Positions 12,385-24,237 of a stretch of DNA of 64,000 nucleotides are shown in pieces. Each line of letters begins with the position of its first letter. Within the stretch, counting starts at the first letter, position 1. The notes under the pieces are model-generated. The model saw nothing but the letters and a program-made list of their open reading frames with translations, was not told the origin of the DNA and did not search any database. The stretch comes from Macrostomum lignano (taxonomy: Eukaryota). The position numbers and the translations under genes were made by a program. Where the stretch lies: positions 1-64,000 of the forward strand of contig NIVC01001771.1 in NCBI GenBank assembly GCA_002269645.1. Reading direction: 5' to 3'.

Positions 12385-12909
12385 CCGAGTAGCGTTAGAC
12401 TCAGCCGAGGCAGCCGTGGTCCTGGCCAACAAATACGCCGAAGACCCCGACGAGGAGGACTCCACCAACATCATGCGCGCCATCGCCATCAAGAACGCCG
12501 CGCCCGGCCAGCGCTGCATTGTCCAGCTGCTCCGTCAGCGAAATCGGGCCGGATTGCTGAGCATCCCGAGCTGGGACTGGCGACTCGGCGATGAGTGCGT
12601 CTGCGTCTCCGAGCTGACGCTGGGCCTGCTGGCGCAGAGCTGTACAGCGCCCGGATTCTCGACGCTGATGGCCAACTTGCTGGCTGTCCGTTCCATGCCG
12701 TCTGAAGCTCGACAGCTCGGCGACAGTGTCTGGGAGGCGGATTATCGGCGTGGCAGCTGCTATGAAATCTATTCAGTGCGGCTGGGAGTCGGGCTGCAGA
12801 GCGTCGAGTTTGCGGAGGCGGCCGCCGCCTGTTATGCCAGCGAGAGTGTCATCCTGCTGGCGCTGGAGGAGCCCGAGGATGAGGCGGCGGCTGCGGCGGC
12901 TCAGACAAG
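12385..12909 (+). CDS. slo1: Slo1/BK exon 4 (RCK1)
   Basis: RVALDSAEAAVVLANKYAEDPDEEDSTNIMRAIAIKN..IPSWDW..GLLAQSC..YEIY; phase 2/2 consistent. Confidence 0.93.
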
Positions 12910-12919
12910 GTGAGACCTC

Positions 12920-13170
12920 AGTGACTAATAGCACTGCAATCAGTGACTATTGGCTTTGCAACCAGTGACTAATAGCGTTGCAATCAGTGACTACTGGCTT
13001 TGCAATCAGTGACTAATAACGTTGCAATCAGTGACTATTGGCTTTGCAATCAGTGACTAATAACGTTGCAATCAGTGACTACTGGCTTTGCAATCAGTGA
13101 CTAATAACGTTGCAATCAGTGACTATTGGCTTTGCAATCAGTGACTAATATCACTGCAATCAGTGACTAA
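12920..13170. repeat. 22-bp alternating A/B tandem repeat (slo1 intron 4)
   Basis: cagtgactaataacgttgcaat / cagtgactattggctttgcaat. Confidence 0.92.
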
Positions 13171-13336
13171 TACAACTATCTAATCAAATATGTACAAAAG
13201 CTCATTAAAAAATCAAAAGCGGTCACCAATCCAATCAAAGCTTAGAGAGGCTGGCCATCTGATCATAATTAGCACTCAATCTGATCCTAAACCAACTCGC
13301 CTGCCCTCCGCCATCGCCCAGTCTCCACTCGCACAG

Positions 13337-13599
13337 ACATCACCGGAAGCAGCGCCGCTTGCTGTTGAATCCCAGCCTGCGGCAGGACGGCCAGTCTGGC
13401 AGCGCCTGCGTCATCCAGCCGGGCTGCCGCGGCCTGTTCCTCGCCGACTCGTACGACGAAGCCAGGCGAGCGGCTGAACTGGCGCTGTCGCCATCCCGGA
13501 TCTGCCCGATTGCGCATCAGGCGGCTGGCTTGGGTATGGAGGCTGCCGAAGCCAAAACTTTGACAGCTGTAGAGGAAGAGGAACTCTTTGATAGTACAG
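13337..13599 (+). CDS. slo1: Slo1/BK exon 5 (end of RCK1, linker)
   Basis: LLLNP..GLFLADSYDEARRA..LFDSTG; gcacag acceptor, gtatga donor (phase 1). Confidence 0.88.
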
Positions 13600-13639
13600 G
13601 TATGAATTATTTTCAAGCGAATTGGCATCTTGATCGCCG

Positions 13640-13812
13640 TATCTCTCAGTGTCAAGTGGCATCTACCTTGATTTTGGTGTCTCTCAGTGTCAAGTGGCAT
13701 CTACCTTGATTGCAGTGTCTCTCAGTGTCAAGTGGCATCTACCTTGATTTTGGTGTCTCTCAGTGTCAAGTGGAATCTACCTTGATTGCAGTGTCTCTTA
13801 GTTTCAAGTGGC
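13640..13812. repeat. ~38-bp tandem repeat (slo1 intron 5)
   Basis: ctctcagtgtcaagtggcatctaccttgattttggtgt, ~4.5 copies. Confidence 0.9.
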
Positions 13813-13900
13813 ACCAGTGAACGACAGAGTCCCTCTGTCATTGGACATTAATCAACAGCAAATTTGTGTCAGCTGCCGCATCATCTTTTCCAACCCGCAG

Positions 13901-14451
13901 GCGCCTGGCACTGGTGCCCGGCGCGCAGCTTCCAGGAGGCCCTCCAGCTGCCAAAGCTCCGTGGCCACCACATCCTGTGCGTGGTGGCGGCCGGCCGGGA
14001 CACCGCAGCGTCCGGCCTGGGCCTGGCCAGCTTCCTCCGGCCGCTCCGGTCCAGTAGTCTGAGACGTCGCGAGCTCGCGCCCGTTGTTCTAGTCGGAGGC
14101 GCCGCATACCTTCGCCGAGAGTGGCCGGCGCTCCGCCATTTCCCCGACGTGTTCGCCCTGCCCGGCAGGCCCATGAGCCGCGCCGTCCTGCGCCGAGCCG
14201 GCCTGAATGCCTGCGACACCTGCGTCATTGTAGGCGCCAGGTCGAGGGGCGCAACCAAGTGGCGCGACCCCATCGATCCCTACCTGATGGACCGGGAGGT
14301 GGTGCTCTGTACCCTCAACATCCGGGCTATGGACGCTGACAGAGTGGCCGCCGCGGATGCTGCTGCGCCCACAGCGCCGACGCCTGTGATTACGGAGATC
14401 TTTGTGGACAAGAATGTCCAGTTTCTGGACCAGGAGGATGACGACAGCCCG
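13901..14451 (+). CDS. slo1: Slo1/BK exon 6 (RCK2, Ca bowl)
   Basis: AWHWCP..HHILCVV..FLRPLRSS..DTCVIV..ITEIFVDKNVQFLDQEDDDSP; phase 1/0. Confidence 0.93.
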
Positions 14452-14509
14452 GTGAGGGCCCAAGCCTGAGGAGGCTGCGTCAGCTCCATTGTTTCTGCGA
14501 GAGATCCTC

Positions 14510-14945
14510 GGACACCCCAAACTTGCAACAGAATCCCACACCTGGACACCCCACGCTCGCAACAGAATCCCACACCTGGACACCCCACGCTCGCAACAGA
14601 ATCTCACACCTGGACACCCCACGCTCGCAACAGAATCCCACACCAGGACACTCCACACTCGCAACAGAACCCTACACCTGGACACCCCACATTCGCAACA
14701 GAACCCCACACCTGGACACCCACACTCGCAACAGAACCCCACACCTGGACACCCCACATTCGCAACAGAACCCCACACCTGGACACCCATATTTGCAATA
14801 GAACCCCTCACCTGGACATTCCACACTCGCAACAAAATCCCACACCTGGACATTCCACACTCGCAACAAAATCCCACACCTGGATACCCACACTCGCAAC
14901 AGAATCCCACACCTGGACACCCACACTCGCAACAGAATCCCATCT
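14510..14945. repeat. ~34-bp tandem repeat (slo1 intron 6)
   Basis: gcaacagaatcccacacctggacaccccacactc units, ending ~15 bp before the acceptor. Confidence 0.92.
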
Positions 14946-14962
14946 CCGGACGCCACTTGCAG

Positions 14963-15526
14963 GCCGACGAGATGCACAACTCGCAGCCGTTCGTCTGCGG
15001 CTCGGCATTCGCTGCCAGCGCCCTGGACTCGCTGCTGTCCACCGTGTACTATAATCCCAGCGCGATGAGTCTCGTCCGCGCCCTCGTCACTGGCGGCGTC
15101 GAGTCGCCCAGCCAGCCAGCCGCTGAGGACGATCGCTGCGAAGGATTGGACGATGACGACGATGTCAACTTAGAGTCGGGCGCCATTGATGACGACGGTC
15201 AGCAGGCGAAGTCGACAACGTCAGTGCCAGACCGATGGCGCCGATCCCGGATGGCCCGCCTGCCGCTGACCGACCGTCGGTTGGCGCAGTACATCGCTTC
15301 CGGTTCGGAAGGCGGCACCTTCGGTCGGCTGTTCCTCGGCGCGCTGCGGTCGCAGGGCATCCTCTGCCTGGGCGTCGCCCGGTTCCGCGACGCCTACAGG
15401 CGCTGCGCCGGAAGCTCCTCCTGTCGGCGCTTCGTCATCGCCTGCCCCAGCGCCAACTTCCGGTTGCTGCCCACTGACGCCGTTTATTGTTTGGTGCCGT
15501 TTCCGGTTGAGCTGAAGCCGCAGTGA
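14963..15526 (+). CDS. slo1: Slo1/BK exon 7 (terminal)
   Basis: MHNSQPFVCGSAFAASALDSLLSTVYYN..LVTGG..GILCLGVARFRD..RFVIACP..TDAVYCLVPF; stop 15524-15526. Seven exons total 3204 nt. Confidence 0.93.
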   Translation, partial: ADEMHNSQPFVCGSAFAASALDSLLSTVYYNPSAMSLVRALVTGGVESPSQPAAEDDRCEGLDDDDDVNLESGAIDDDGQQAKSTTSVPDRWRRSRMARLPLTDRRLAQYIASGSEGGTFGRLFLGALRSQGILCLGVARFRDAYRRCAGSSSCRRFVIACPSANFRLLPTDAVYCLVPFPVELKPQ

Positions 15527-16134
15527 CTGCAATAGTACAGTATAGTACAGTATACACTATACAGTAGTACATTACTATACTATACTATACTGTAATACTA
15601 TACTATAGGGGTCGTAGAAATTTTTATTTGTTTTAATAGACGTTTGTTTTCTTGTATTTTGGCACAGAAATTTGCACTAATTTTAATGAATTATAGATGT
15701 GAGCAAAATGACAGTTTCTGCTTCTTTTCTAGCCCTCTCTGATTTGAGAAACCAATGTGCACTACTCATCGATTTTTGTCTCTCTAACACTCCTATTTGA
15801 TGAACTATAGTGTCACATTTAATTATTACGTCAGAATTTTAACGAGTTTCAAAATATGGTTGAAAAAAGGATAACCACGTTTTTTTATTAAAAAAAACAG
15901 TACTCAATTTCCATGAGTTGATGTGTCTCCGAAAATAATAGTTTCAAATCAGATGCAAATGTTTTCATTTTAAAGCTGTCTTTTTTTGCAAAAAACTAGT
16001 TGCTAAAACATTTTGACTCCTAAGTAAAATATTGGAGCTTCAGGTTAGAGTTGCAGAGGACCCAATTTGAGTTTGGCTCTTTTTAGTTTTCTTTCTTTCT
16101 TCTTTTTTTCTTTTCTTTTCTTTTCTTTCTTCTT

Positions 16135-16390
16135 TCTTTGAGTTTACCTCTAGAGTCGGAAAAAGAATCCAGCTCAAGCCTGCGGGCCGGATGAGAGGAA
16201 AGGAGAGGGAATAGAGGAGAGAGAAGTGGAGAGAAGAGAGGCGAGAGGAGGGAAGAGAGAAGAGGGGGAAGAGAAGAGAGAGGAGAGGAGACTCAAGCCT
16301 TGAGCGGGCCGAATTGCTGTTGTGAAGTTTCAAAGACCCGAGAACCGGATTAGAGAGGCGGAGCCGCAAGTGGTCTGAGTTGCGGAGATT
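16135..16390 (-). mobile_element. Dispersed repeat carrying an internal CT/GA microsatellite, copy A
   Basis: Both flanks of the GA tract align in reverse with the flanks of the CT tract at 42010-42735 (ggcccgctcaagg; ggcccgcag..aggtaaa). Confidence 0.6.
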
Positions 16391-16753
16391 TGCGTAAGAT
16401 TTTCATGCAGATTTTAATAGCTCTGAGAATAAACTTTGGTTGTAACGAGCGGAGCATGTGTCCTTAATACTACTTTTTAAGTAGACAGCTTAGACTTTTG
16501 GTGGAAATTTCTCAGAATAGAAATTATTACTTAATAATAATATTAAAACTTATCTAATATTATCATACTGTGTCATCTTGCCGAAGTTTCACATATTCAG
16601 TTTTTGTGTTTTGTGCTTTTACGAGCTACTCTTAAAGCTCCAGAGTTCGGCCATAGACTAATAGACTAAATCGCAGCTCGCCCGCCCAGCCACAATTGAG
16701 AATGGCTTGGCTGGCTTTCCCGATAGCAGATTTCAGCGCAACCCGGGGCGGTC

Positions 16754-16760
16754 TATAAAA
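16754..16760 (+). promoter_or_regulatory. Candidate TATA box of the CK1-like gene
   Basis: TATAAAA about 70 bp upstream of ATG 16827. Confidence 0.35.
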
Positions 16761-16826
16761 AATTTCCGTTGCCAATCAATTAGAAGTGCGCAAAAGCTCT
16801 TCTAGAAGCCAAACTCAGATAACAGA

Positions 16827-17519
16827 ATGCTTTCGCCGCACACGAAGCGGAATCTCAGCCGGACCTCGCGCCAGACCCGGCCGGGGAACCGCAGCACCTT
16901 GGTAATCCAGGGCAGGTCGAACGGCTCAGAAAGGAAGCTGCACTTTCTGCGCGTTGGCAACAGTGATAAAAGTACAATCATGGCCGTGCGACGAACGCAT
17001 GAAGCTGATGAAGATTTCGATATCGCAGCTCTGCACAATGCCGAGGGCGCAATGAGCCAAGAGGAAATTGTCGACGAGATTCTGCAGGCGATCTACTCGG
17101 ATCCGAGGTTCAAGCAGAAGTACGCCCTGTCCTCTCTGTTCCTCATCGGCGCTGGCGCCTTTGGCTCCGTGTTTCGAGTGGTCTCCAATGCAACAGGCTC
17201 GGCCGCTAATCCAAAGTACAACGAGGACTACGTGAAGTACCTGCAGAAGATGAAGAAAAGCACTAAGAACACGCGCGGCGCCCTGATGGACTCGTACCGG
17301 GACGAGCACTGTCTGGACTTGGTGGCCGTCAAGTTCGAGCCGCTGACGCCGGAAGACGTGGAAAACAATTCGGTTGGCAAGATCAACCTGATCAGGGAGT
17401 TCTACCTGCTGCAAGAGCTGTTCGGCAATCAGGACAACCGCTACGCCATGGTCGGCTTCCCGCTGCCCATCGATTTCAGCTACGTTGGGAATCGACGCAT
17501 CACCAAGGATCTGGGCAAG
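16827..17519 (+). CDS. Divergent casein kinase 1-family kinase, exon 1
   Basis: LIGAGAFGSVFRV glycine loop, VAVKFE, EFYLLQEL; donor gtgagg phase 0. Confidence 0.85.
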
Positions 17520-17688
17520 GTGAGGGAGGGCACACGGGAGAGGGGGCTCTGCGCAACTCCTGTCTGTGTCTGTGATGGCCACACCCGGTGTAGATCAGCG
17601 CGTCAAATCGTGTCTGGGTTCAAATCCAGACAAAGTTCAAATCTGGGTTTTACATCCTGTGTGACTAGCTTACTTCGTGTCCTCACAG

Positions 17689-18339
17689 GTGATCGTCTAC
17701 GACCCGTACGGCGTGCAGTGCAGCTTCAAGGAGACCTACTTGGAGAAGTTCAATATCTTCGGCCTGCGCGAGGACGACATCACGGACAGGACCTACTTCG
17801 CCATGGAGCTGCTGGGCCCCAACCTGGACGACTGGAAGGAGTTCTTCGCAGCGAAGCACTCGCACGAAGGCAGGATCTTCTACTCGGTGCAGACCACCCT
17901 GAAACTGATGGACCAGTTCCTGTGCCGCCTGCTGATCATGCACAGGAAAAACATGGTACACCTGGATCTCAAGCCGGACAACTTGTGCCTGGGCATCGGC
18001 AAGATGACCAACACTGTCTACTTGTTGGACTACGGCCTGTCGAAGATCTGCTCGGAGAACAAGCCGGACATCACCATGGGCAGCCGGCGCTACATGTCCG
18101 TTGCTGTGCTCAACCTGGAGCCGGCCAACTACATGATGGACATCGAGACCTGGTTCTACATCCTGATTGTCCTGCTCACCGATTACATTCCCTGGAGCGA
18201 CGAGGCGCTGTCCTGCCAGCTGGGCAAAAACGAGAAAGAAGGCGGCGCCAGAGAAGAGAAACTGCTGCAGCTGGTGGCGCAGACCAAGAAGCAGTTCTGG
18301 GGCGACGAGGGCTACTGGGATAAATCGCTGATACAGAAG
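17689..18339 (+). CDS. CK1-family kinase, exon 2
   Basis: YFAMELLGPNL, VHLDLKPDNLCLG, VYLLDYGLSK, GSRRYMS, DIETWFYILI..IPW follow the CK1 pattern; cctcacag acceptor, gtgaga donor. Confidence 0.9.
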
Positions 18340-18536
18340 GTGAGAGTCTTATTACAAAGGTCGTGTGCTGATATCACTGGTCGAAGATCTGTTTAATGAA
18401 CCGTAATTAGTACAATGAGGTGTGAGCTTCAGCTCCTGCCTAGCTTTTGTCCTTTTCCTGCTACTCTTCAATAGGCGATCTCTTGATTAGTCCACAAATC
18501 GAAGCAGTTACAAAAAAGTCACCCGTGCAATGCCAG

Positions 18537-19037
18537 GTGATCGACAAAATCGAGGGCTTCCACAAGGTGGACGTGCCGGACATCGGGCGCATCATCATGG
18601 ACATCTACGAGCACATCAAGCGAATGCGCTTGGACTTCTACAAGCTGGCTTACACCCGGATGAACTCAGAGATTCGCGACGAGGAGAGCGACCTGTTCAA
18701 GCGGTACAAAACCCTGCGCAAGCTGCTGCTCTATCCGTACGACTGCGACTTCACTGGCAAGGGCACCTGCTTCGCTGGCGACAAGGACATGCAGCGCAGG
18801 CAGGAGGAGCGCCGGGCCAAACACAGCATGCTGATCTACGCCGAGGACGGGCGCAACTGGCACTGGGACTGGGACGTCTGGTACGCCGAGGACTACCTGG
18901 TCGAGGACGCCTCCGCTCACAACTCGGCCGGCGCCGGACGCCGGAAGGCGCCGCCGCGTCCGCGCCACGTCTCGGACAGGTACGCCGTGTCCGAAGTCAT
19001 CGATCACGGCGTGCTCAGGGTTAAACCGCGCAATTGA
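18537..19037 (+). CDS. CK1-family kinase, exon 3 (terminal)
   Basis: YKTLRKLL and WDW recall CK1 YSYLRQLF..FDW; tgccag acceptor phase 0; exon-like codon usage. Confidence 0.75.
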   Translation: MIDKIEGFHKVDVPDIGRIIMDIYEHIKRMRLDFYKLAYTRMNSEIRDEESDLFKRYKTLRKLLLYPYDCDFTGKGTCFAGDKDMQRRQEERRAKHSMLIYAEDGRNWHWDWDVWYAEDYLVEDASAHNSAGAGRRKAPPRPRHVSDRYAVSEVIDHGVLRVKPRN

Positions 19038-19409
19038 AAACAAAATACAATGAAATTGTTTTCCACGTAACTCGGGAATTATTTGTACGGAACACATAAG
19101 CCCTCATTACCTATCCTTTTTTAACTGTTTCCTTTCAAAAGATTGCTCATGACGTGTGGTGACGTTATCGACCAAACGGATCATTATTTTATTGTACCTG
19201 CATCCGTTTTATTTCGAAATGAAACATTGAAAAATATATTTTCCAGTATTGTGAACGATGCGATTTCATTTTAGCTGCATTGTTGAAGTCAATATCCGAT
19301 ATCAAGACGAACTTGCTAATTGAAGTGAATTTTAAATACGTTTCACAGACAAGCAGTGGAGTGATGCATCCTCTTTGAGCCGCTATCACCTTATGACCCC
19401 CTGTCACTA

Positions 19410-20575
19410 AACACACCAGTCACTAAACCTTAATACACACCAGTCACTAAATCTAAACACACCAGGCACTAAACCCCTAAACACACCAGTTATTAAACCT
19501 AAACACACCAGTCACTAAACCTAAACACACCAGGTGCTAAACCCTAAACACACCAGTCACTAAACCTTGAACACACCAGTCACTAAACCTAAACACACCA
19601 GTCACTAAACCTAAACACACCAGTCACTAAACCTAAACACACCAGTCACTAAACCTAAACACACCAGTCACTAAACCTAAACACACCAGACACTAAACAT
19701 AAACACACTAGTCACTAAACCTTAAACACACTAGTCACTAAACCTAAACACACCAGTCACTAAACCTAAACACACCAGACACTAAACCTTAAACACACCA
19801 GACACTAAACATAAACACACTAGTCACTAAACCTTAAACACACTAGTCACTAAACCTAAACACACCAGTCACTAAACCTAAACACACCAGTCACTAAACC
19901 TTAAACACACCAGTCACTAAACCTTAAACACACCAATCACTAAACCTTAAACACACCAGTCACTAAACCTTAAACACACCAGTCACTAAACCCCAAACCC
20001 TAAACCTAAGTCACTAAACCTTAAACACACCAGTTACTAAACCTTAAACACACCAGTCACTAAACCTTAAACACACCAGTCACTAAACCCCAAACCCTAA
20101 AACCTAAGGCACTAAACCTTACACACAAGAGTCAATAAACCTTAAACACACCAGTCACTAAACCTTAAACACACCAGTCACTAAACCTTAAACACACCAG
20201 TCACTAAACCCCAAACCCTAAAACCTAAGTTACTAAACCTTAAACACACCAGTTACTAAACCTTAAACACACCAGTCACTAAACCTTAAACACACCAGTC
20301 ACTAAACCTTAAACACACCAGTCACTAAACCCCAAACTCTAAAACCTAAGTCACTAAACCTTAATACACACCAGTCACTAAATCCCAAACCCTAAAACCT
20401 AAGTCACTAAACCTTAATACACACCAGTCACTAAACCTTAAACACACCAGTCACTAAACCCCAAACTCTAAAACCTAAGTCACTAAACCTTAATACACAC
20501 CAGTCACTAAATTCCAAACCCTAAAACCTAAGTCACTAAACCTTAATACACACCAGTCACTAAACCCTAAACTCT
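19410..20575. repeat. 22-23-bp tandem repeat
   Basis: (cactaaacctaaacacaccagt)n with later higher-order variants. Confidence 0.95.
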
Positions 20576-21198
20576 AAACACGTAAGTTAGCCTGTAAAAA
20601 TAAATAAGTACTTTTACCAATAAAACGCGACTTCAATTCAACATCCCATTTAATTTCTGCTGCAATTTTTAATCGTTACTATCACAATATATTAATGCAA
20701 AATAATAATAATATAAATCATTGAATTCATTCTAATACTCGTAGGCTTGGGAATTAAACTACTGCTGAAAACCCAAACAAAAGTTGCTTTAATCTATAGC
20801 TATCCGCTCGATACGTACTACTACTAGTAAACCTGTGAAATTGATGATCTATTTATCTATTTAAAATACTTTGGTAATTCTGCAAAATGGTACAATATAG
20901 GACGCCAACAATGACGCATAGGAACTAAATATTTAATAATCAGTCAATAAGCAAATTTTTGTGACGGGCACAGCCCAAGCATTAAGTTTTTGCACAGCAA
21001 TATCCAACGAGAACTAAGGTGACAATTGATGAGAAGTAATTCAAGAAGTACTCGTAGATGGTGCAGTGATGTCAGTAATCATAGTTTTTTATGCGGTATT
21101 ATTTTTTAGCTTAAAAAACTATTTTTATTGATCGACAGAACGTCGTACTTTACCGAAAATTCATACAAAAACCATGCATTTTTATAGAAATTGCTAAA

Positions 21199-21294
21199 AT
21201 GACGTCATCATTGGATTAACCAATCAGGGCTTTTTGAAAGATGACGTCATCGGCCGAGTAGCCAATCAGAGATTCATTCACAGAATGACGTCAT
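21199..21294. promoter_or_regulatory. Cluster of three CRE palindromes and CCAAT boxes
   Basis: ATGACGTCAT at 21199, 21241, 21285; CCAATCAG at 21220, 21262; ATTGG at 21210. Confidence 0.45.
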
Positions 21295-21583
21295 TACGGC
21301 TGGCTGTCCGTCTAAGTATCTACTGTCTTCTGTTAACTTTTCTACATTTTCTACCTAAAATTTGCTTCACCAGTCGGAATTGGTGGACCTCACTACAGGT
21401 CCTATATCATATGATTAATTACACTCAGTAATATTAATGGAAATGAAAACATTAAAAAACCTGTTGGCCCAAATTTCTTTGATTATCAGCGAGTTTCAAG
21501 CAATTACAACTGCTCAAAAGTATGCTGAAAATTCGAAACTTATGACGCTGGTTATTTAGCTGTTTACAAGATTTCCAAACACG

Positions 21584-22126
21584 TCATCCCAGGGTAGGCA
21601 GCGGAGTGCCGGCCGAGGTGAGCACGTTGGCATAGGATGTCTTCAGAAAGTTCACGTAGCTCTGCAGCGACTTGTTGGTACTCTGAGACTGTTCCAGGCG
21701 CTCCTTCAGATCTTCGAGACGCTGCAGCGTTCGTCGAGTCTCTTCCTCCTTGTCGCGCAGGGCTCTGGCCGACTCCGCCCGCTGGGCCGCCAGGCCGCTC
21801 TCCAGTTCGAGCACGCGCGCCTGCAGCCGCTTCTCAGCCGCGGCGGCCGCTTCGCGTTCTTGAAGCCGGCGAGAGTCCGACGTGGCCTGCTCAAGCTGGT
21901 GGATCAGCGCTGAGCACTCGCGCTGCTTCGCCTCCAGCTGGCTGGCGAGGCCGCCGCCAGATTCCTGCTGCCTGGCCAGGCTGCGCTGCGCCTCCCGACG
22001 CTCGTCCTCGGCTAAGCGGAGCCGCTTCTCCAGGTCTTCGCAGCGCTCGCGCAGAATCCGCGACTCCTGCACCTGCAGCTCCGCCCGCTCGTGGGCGCTG
22101 CCGCTGCGGCCCGCCAGCTGCTCCGT
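21584..22126 (-). CDS. ODF2: ODF2/cenexin-like, terminal exon
   Basis: [43 protein letters not shown] matches the ODF2 C-terminus (LQDLKDRLEQSESTNRSMQNYVQFLKSSYANV); cccccgcag acceptor. Confidence 0.9.
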   Translation of the reverse strand, partial: TEQLAGRSGSAHERAELQVQESRILRERCEDLEKRLRLAEDERREAQRSLARQQESGGGLASQLEAKQRECSALIHQLEQATSDSRRLQEREAAAAAEKRLQARVLELESGLAAQRAESARALRDKEEETRRTLQRLEDLKERLEQSQSTNKSLQSYVNFLKTSYANVLTSAGTPLPTLG

Positions 22127-22152
22127 CTGCGGGGGAGCAGAGCCTGTCTTAG

Positions 22153-22715
<563 letters not shown>

Positions 22716-22929
22716 GTTATCCACCATCAGGTTCTAAAAGGCTCCAATTGCATGTCTACCAGATTTTTTATTAGAAAAGTTTTGAATTTAAGGTTCAAAA
22801 TTCGATTAATTAACACGCCAAACGATTGTTAGCTAGATGAGCTAGGCTGGTAAGGAAAGCCGGGCATGGGTTTCGGGCATTTCCAGTAGGGAGCAGTTAT
22901 TTTTATAAAGCCGTTCCATCAGTCTCTAC

Positions 22930-23055
22930 CTGCTCGTCCAGCTGCTCATACCGCCGCAGCCTGGCCCTGGCCTCGGCCAGCTCCAGCTCCCGCTGTCGCA
23001 GAATGTCGGGCACCTCGTCCAGATCGTCCAACCGTTGGGAGAGCTTCGTGCGCAT
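22930..23055 (-). CDS. ODF2: ODF2-like exon
   Basis: MRTKLSQRLDDLDEVPDILRQRELELAE ~ ODF2 QSQLADLQQLPDILKITE; phase 0/0. Confidence 0.8.
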
Positions 23056-23603
23056 CTTCGAGTATTTGTTTCAATTGAAATGGTTACGCCTGCTAATTAG
23101 TGCGGTAAGTGTTTTAGTGAGCTCACACACTGTATTAGTTAGTCCCAGTTAAAGCAAAAAAGCAATTATGGATCAGTAACTGTTAATGCTGTTACTAGGG
23201 GATACTAAAATTAACGTACGACAGAATCTTTGCGATCAAATCTGCTTGCAAAAACACAGCAACGTCAATTCTTGTGCAACAATGGGAATCACATATTTCT
23301 AATAAGCGAATACGAACTGTTTTATAACTGCTTAACTGTGCATAATTTTTTATATGAAACAACATGAATTTTTGTTATAAAGGCATGCATGCGGTACATT
23401 TAAATTATCTTTACAGTTGCCCTGGGTGGTTGGCTCAGTATAACAAAATTTAAAAAAATAATCACAATTTTAGCACAACAATCCAGTTTGGAGGACCTAA
23501 TTATTGAGTAATTCTTTTATTAAAAATAGATCTTTCCGATTTCATTGCTTTATCAGGTGCGAACTCCGTGACTTAGCCAACCGGATTGAAATAGAGTAGA
23601 TAC

Positions 23604-23651
23604 GCTCGTAAACTTGGCCGCGCACTGCGCTTCTACTCGTAGCGCCGCCAT
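23604..23651 (-). CDS. Possible 48-nt ODF2-like micro-exon
   Basis: tacag|MAALRVEAQCAAKFTS|gtatct, phase 0/0, weakly resembles ODF2 VMKTRLEA. Confidence 0.3.
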
Positions 23652-23704
23652 CTGTACTTTGTAATTCTAGCATTATAAAGCATTAATGCTGCCCACCAGC
23701 GGGA

Positions 23705-24130
23705 CGTGATAGGGCTGGGAGTGAGGTGGGTGGGTCGGGAATGAGGTAAGTTGGGTAGGGAGTGAGGTGGGTGGGTAGGGAATGAGGTGGGTTGGGTAGG
23801 GAGTGAGGTGGGTGGGTAGGGAGTGAGGTGGGTGGGTAGGGAATGAGGTGAGTGGGTAGGGAGTGAGGTGGGTGGGTAGAGTGAGGTGGGTGGTTAGGCA
23901 GTGAGGTAGATGGGTAGCAAGTAAGGTATGTGGGATAGGGAGTGGGGTGGGTGGGTAGGGAGTGAGGTGGGTGGGTAGGGAGTGAGGTGGGTGGGTAGGG
24001 AGTGAGATGGGTGGGTAGGGAGTGAGTGAGGTGGGTGGGTAGGGAGTGAGATGGGTGGATAGGGAATGAGGTGAGTGGGTAGGGAGTAAGGTAGGTGGGT
24101 AGGGAGTGAGGTGGATGGGTGGGGAGTGAT
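23705..24130. repeat. 20-bp G-rich tandem repeat
   Basis: (agtgaggtgggtgggtaggg)n. Confidence 0.93.
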
Positions 24131-24237
24131 GTGGATGGCTTAGTATAGGCATGATTAGTTTCAAGCAAGAAATGCGTGTTCCCTAAGCAGTTAATTCAAT
24201 GTGCCCCCCCCCCTAGCACAGCTGGCCACCGCAGCAC

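Noticed and set aside
14089-15042. Cys-rich antisense ORF (GCPGVGFCCEC) resembling metallothionein
   Set aside because: Antisense reading of the slo1 intron 6 minisatellite and flanking exons.
19980-20575. Telomere-like AAACCCTAAA words
   Set aside because: Isolated variants within a 22-bp satellite, not a tandem telomeric array.
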